Of a stretch of 48,362 nt of DNA, positions 45,472-48,362 are shown in pieces. Made by a program: the position numbers and the translations under genes. The DNA lies in NCBI GenBank assembly GCA_964426435.1, contig CAYRQY010000002.1, forward strand, positions 1-48,362, written 5' to 3'. How positions within the stretch are numbered: the stretch's first letter is position 1; each line of letters opens with the position of its first letter. The notes beneath the pieces were generated by a model. It was not told where the DNA came from. It searched no databases and was given only the letters and a program-made list of their open reading frames with translations. The stretch comes from an uncultured Rikenellaceae bacterium. Its GTDB lineage: Bacteria; Bacteroidota; Bacteroidia; Bacteroidales; VadinHA17.

Positions 45472-47397
45472 TTAGCGGATAACAAATTCCTTCTCCCTGA
45501 GTATACCGCCGCGGGTTGATAGTACGGTGGCTTTGCCGGTCACTTCGGCATTCCCGTAACGCCTGATTGTGAATATGGCCGTTGTCGTTTTTCCACCGTC
45601 TGTTGCCGGAAGGAACTTTATAGCCGGCCTTCCGTGAACAGGATCTTCGAGAAACAATCCTCCTTCGGCCAGCAGTTTATCCCTGCTTCGTTTGGTATCT
45701 TCGGTATTGATTATCCTGTATGCGGGTTTTTCATTAACAGGCATCATAGAGTCAATTTCAACAATTACCCTGTCGTCACGTACAATCTTAACCAGCTGTG
45801 CCTGCCTGAGGGCGGTGGGGATCAAACCATTGTTCCGGTAGGTTATCTTCAGCTGGTAATCAGCAGAATCGGCCTTCCAGGCCCTTATCCTCTTCACTTC
45901 GATATTGTCCCAGGCCAGGTCTGGCAGGGCCTTTGCCATCTCCAGGTTAAACAGGGCCTGGTTAGCGACCCATGGCTCCATGTGTTTAGCCGGAGGGTTT
46001 TGCGAGAAGAACTTCGGGTCGAATCCGCCTATTTCAATATCCCCGTACTGCGGATGCTTGAATGGCTTCCAATCGAAGAATCCCTTTCCGTCGTTCTCCT
46101 TTTCATCCCATATCAGCATGTCGAGCTGGTCCTTCACTCCATCGTTGTTATAGTCTTCATATCTTCCTCCGTTCCATATCTCATCGCCATACCAGATCGC
46201 TCCGTAGTACCAGTATCCGAAATCGGGGCCATGTCCGAACAGAGGGTTCCCGCGGCCATAGTCGTTAAACACGTCGCCGGCCCTCTCATATCCGGTTATG
46301 CTCCTGCCAACGTCGTCGAAGTGCCTGTACAGCTTCAGGTCCTCGGGATACATCCTCTCCTCCGAAGGAGAGGTTGATGGAGGCCTCAGGTGCATCGGCA
46401 CACTGGTGTCCATTGAATTGACAACTGAAATATTCGGGTGTGCAAGAAGAAAGGAAACGACTGATCGTGTCTCCGTCTCGCTCAGGGGATATTCACCGGC
46501 TCCTCCCTGGGTATATCCCCTGCCGGTTTCCTCGGTAAGAGGTCTCCAGTTTTCGGGGTAATTACGGTGGAGATCAAGCCCCCCGATGCCATCTTCATTT
46601 ATGCGGCCGTCACCATCGTTGTCGATGCCCTCAGAACCCGACAGGTAAATACCCTGTCCGGCAGGAACTCTCTGCATTATCCTTCCAGTGGAATCATTCG
46701 GGTGAGGTATCAGGTTGCCCCTCTTTTCATCCTTCCACCTCATTGTCAGGATGATGCCATCGCCATCCAGGTCATCCGGAGAATCCTCGTCGAGAAGTCC
46801 ATCGCCATCGTTGTCAAAAGGCCTTACAGTGCTTCTGTTGCTCTGAGCCGTATTCATATACAGCTCATGCCCGTCGGGATTATTTATCGGCCTGAGATAT
46901 ATTGTCCTTGTATCAACGAGCCGTGTCACATCAGGATCGGTACCGTAATTGACCAGCAGGTAGTTTGCCAGCCACAGCACCGATTCACAGCCTGATACTT
47001 CGCCGCTATGCCTTCCTCCCTCAAAGAATGCCGCAGGTTTGTCGGTGTGCTTGCCGGTTGCCTTATTGGTTATGGTGATCTGAAATATCGGCCTGCCCTC
47101 ATAACTTTGTCCGACCTCATAGAGGTCAACTATCTCCGGATATTTTTCCGCCCACCGTTCCAGCCAGGTATAGATCACGCCGGCAGAATGGTAAAGGCTG
47201 AAATCGAGACTCTCCCCGGCTTCATACTGCACATGCGAAAGCCTTACCTTCGGGAAAAAACTGACTCCGTGCCTGAACCCGTTCAGGGTATGGACCCTGT
47301 CAGTGCCTCTCTCTCCTTCGCCCTGCAGACCGGCTGGCTGACTGTAAGCAAAGCTGAAAATCGCTGAAACAAGAAATACGGTTATTGCTTTCTTCAT
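45472..47397 (-). CDS. M14 family zinc carboxypeptidase-like protein with DxDxDG calcium-loop insert
   Basis: 641 aa with signal peptide VFLVSAIFSFAYSQ, HxxE as GRHSGE, and GGLDLHRNY. The insert carries FDNDGDGLLDED, DDLDGDGI and DNDGDGRINEDG. Confidence 0.8.
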   Translation of the reverse strand: MKKAITVFLVSAIFSFAYSQPAGLQGEGERGTDRVHTLNGFRHGVSFFPKVRLSHVQYEAGESLDFSLYHSAGVIYTWLERWAEKYPEIVDLYEVGQSYEGRPIFQITITNKATGKHTDKPAAFFEGGRHSGEVSGCESVLWLANYLLVNYGTDPDVTRLVDTRTIYLRPINNPDGHELYMNTAQSNRSTVRPFDNDGDGLLDEDSPDDLDGDGIILTMRWKDEKRGNLIPHPNDSTGRIMQRVPAGQGIYLSGSEGIDNDGDGRINEDGIGGLDLHRNYPENWRPLTEETGRGYTQGGAGEYPLSETETRSVVSFLLAHPNISVVNSMDTSVPMHLRPPSTSPSEERMYPEDLKLYRHFDDVGRSITGYERAGDVFNDYGRGNPLFGHGPDFGYWYYGAIWYGDEIWNGGRYEDYNNDGVKDQLDMLIWDEKENDGKGFFDWKPFKHPQYGDIEIGGFDPKFFSQNPPAKHMEPWVANQALFNLEMAKALPDLAWDNIEVKRIRAWKADSADYQLKITYRNNGLIPTALRQAQLVKIVRDDRVIVEIDSMMPVNEKPAYRIINTEDTKRSRDKLLAEGGLFLEDPVHGRPAIKFLPATDGGKTTTAIFTIRRYGNAEVTGKATVLSTRGGILREKEFVIR

Positions 47398-47426
47398 TCG
47401 GTATTAATTAAAATGTAAATATCTGG

Positions 47427-47445
47427 CGGGCACTTCCCCTGCCCG
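47427..47445 (-). terminator. Weak hairpin downstream of the Crp/Fnr gene
   Basis: CGGGCA-N7-TGCCCG (6-bp stem) with no clear U tract. Confidence 0.25.
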
Positions 47446-47468
47446 TAATTATCATCCGGGATACTTCC

Positions 47469-48164
47469 TCAGCCCATCAATGAGATGAGTTCCAGTTTTT
47501 TCCTGTCCTGAATTTCAACTGTCCTCCCGTGAAAAGCAAGAATCCCTTCCCTTTTGAAATCTGAAAGGGTTCTTATCACATTGGCCATGCTCATCCCTAT
47601 AAAGTCAGCTATCTCCTTCCGGGAGACCGGGATATCGAAAACATTTGAATTATAGATTTCCCGCGAAAGGTAGAGGAGGACGTAGGCGACTTTCCCGGCA
47701 AGGTTTTTCTGCCGGAGGTCAAGTGTAAGTGAAATTATCTTTTCGTTTGCCTTTGAGATCTTGGTCAGAAGTCCCATTGCAAATCCGCCGTTCTCAAGGA
47801 CCAGCTTTTTAATGTAGGCAAGGTCGATACAGCAAACCGCCGAGTCTTCAAGTGCGGCTACCGAGTATGGATATCTCTCCTCGGAAAATATGCTCATGTT
47901 GCTTACAAACTCGAAGGGTTTTGTGATTGTAACAATCTGTTCATCTCCGTTCCTGGTGTTTCTGAACAGCTTTACAAGCCCCGATTTCAAATACTTGAAT
48001 TCGTTAATCGGGTCTCCTCCATTGTGTATGATCTCCCCCTTTCTGTAGGTCCTCTCCACCTTATGCCGGCACAGCTCCCGTATCATCTCATCGTCCAGAT
48101 AAGAGAATGCTATTTCCCTGAATTCACAACTGACACATAAGCATTCCGGATCAAAATCTTTCAC
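47469..48164 (-). CDS. Crp/Fnr family transcriptional regulator
   Basis: 231 aa. cNMP-type beta-roll (YRKGEIIHNGGDP...YLKSGLVKLF) and C-terminal HTH SRKEIADFIGMSMANVIRTLSDF. GTG start. The N-terminus is ECLCVSCEF. Confidence 0.85.
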   Translation of the reverse strand: MKDFDPECLCVSCEFREIAFSYLDDEMIRELCRHKVERTYRKGEIIHNGGDPINEFKYLKSGLVKLFRNTRNGDEQIVTITKPFEFVSNMSIFSEERYPYSVAALEDSAVCCIDLAYIKKLVLENGGFAMGLLTKISKANEKIISLTLDLRQKNLAGKVAYVLLYLSREIYNSNVFDIPVSRKEIADFIGMSMANVIRTLSDFKREGILAFHGRTVEIQDRKKLELISLMG

Positions 48165-48252
48165 TGGAGCAAGTTTTCCACAAATTTATTATTTATGTTC
48201 TTTAAATCAAGATTCGATTTGTTTTATTCCCAAATTTGAGGCTATTTTGAGA

Positions 48253-48362
48253 GTGTATAAAAAAGACGGAAGACGGAAGACAGAAGACGGAAGATAAGGA
48301 GCGAAGTGACGCAATTCCGCGCTTTGCTCACCGAAGCTGACCAGAGGGAAGCGAAGGTGAGA
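48253..48362. repeat. Heptamer array plus core related to the 12446-12548 repeat (cut by window edge)
   Basis: AAGACGG x4 (one A variant) at 48253-48280. AAGGAGCGAAGTGACGCAATTCCGC at 48286-48310 then matches the reverse complement of the 12.45-kb unit (AAGGAGCGGAGCGACGAAGTTCCGC) at 21 of 25 positions by hand alignment. Confidence 0.5.

Noticed and set aside
45634-46377. 247-aa plus-strand ORF antisense to the M14 peptidase gene
   Set aside because: It lies entirely within the strongly supported M14 CDS on the other strand and has no recognisable domain.
48323-48335. GAAGCTGACCAGA, identical to the first 13 nt of E. coli RNase P RNA
   Set aside because: It lies inside the repeat element related to 12446-12548. 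The following sequence (GGGAAGCGAAGGTGAGA) does not continue like P1/P2. The window ends before any universally conserved RNase P motif could be checked. I treat it as coincidence unless the downstream sequence shows otherwise.

Overview
This looks like a densely packed, mostly housekeeping chromosomal segment of a Bacteroidota-type genome. That placement is an inference from four things: an F-ATPase operon atpB-E-F-H-A-G preceded by bactofilin and AtpZ genes and lacking atpD/atpC, TAnnTTTG-like -7 boxes, several LytS/LytTR and ECF sigma modules, and a PPi-type phosphofructokinase. All family calls are made by eye from motifs in the supplied translations; no database search was possible.

I support about 46 CDSs:
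- A truncated Na/Pi-cotransporter C-terminus.
- The atp operon.
- yceD-rpmF-plsX-fabH.
- A LiaF-like/LytS/LytTR module.
- yidD and an ICMT-like methyltransferase.
- A TetR-headed LolA-like/FtsX/FtsX/ABC-ATPase/outer-membrane operon with an embedded Ca2+/Na+ antiporter.
- A lipoprotein plus small barrel pair.
- A GH16-like repeat protein.
- An ECF sigma/anti-sigma/porin module.
- ThiF/MoeB, PepE, AsmA, an orphan histidine kinase, a U32 peptidase and SelU.
- A 938-aa hybrid kinase, RsgA, PFK and a TIGR01777 epimerase-like protein.
- A PmbA/TldD/M14 peptidase cluster with a Crp/Fnr regulator.

I recognised no rRNA, tRNA, CRISPR array, transposase/integrase, phage or obvious defence genes.

Most interesting, all hypotheses:
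1. The TetR repressor carries a perfect EF-hand Ca2+-binding loop. It heads an operon that combines a LolCDE-like ABC extractor, a LolA-like carrier, an outer-membrane protein and a CaCA antiporter inserted between the two permease genes.
2. The hybrid histidine kinase has Tyr in place of the phospho-accepting His, as in DivL.
3. A Tat-signal TldD is paired with a signal-less PmbA next to a secreted M14 peptidase.
4. The GH16-like protein lacks both catalytic Glu residues and has four Lys/Glu-rich N-terminal repeats.
5. Two kinds of unexplained intergenic repeats occur: an AGTC-phased octamer array plus 51/52-nt units with a related copy at the window end, and GGGCGT/ACGCCC-armed perfect palindromes.
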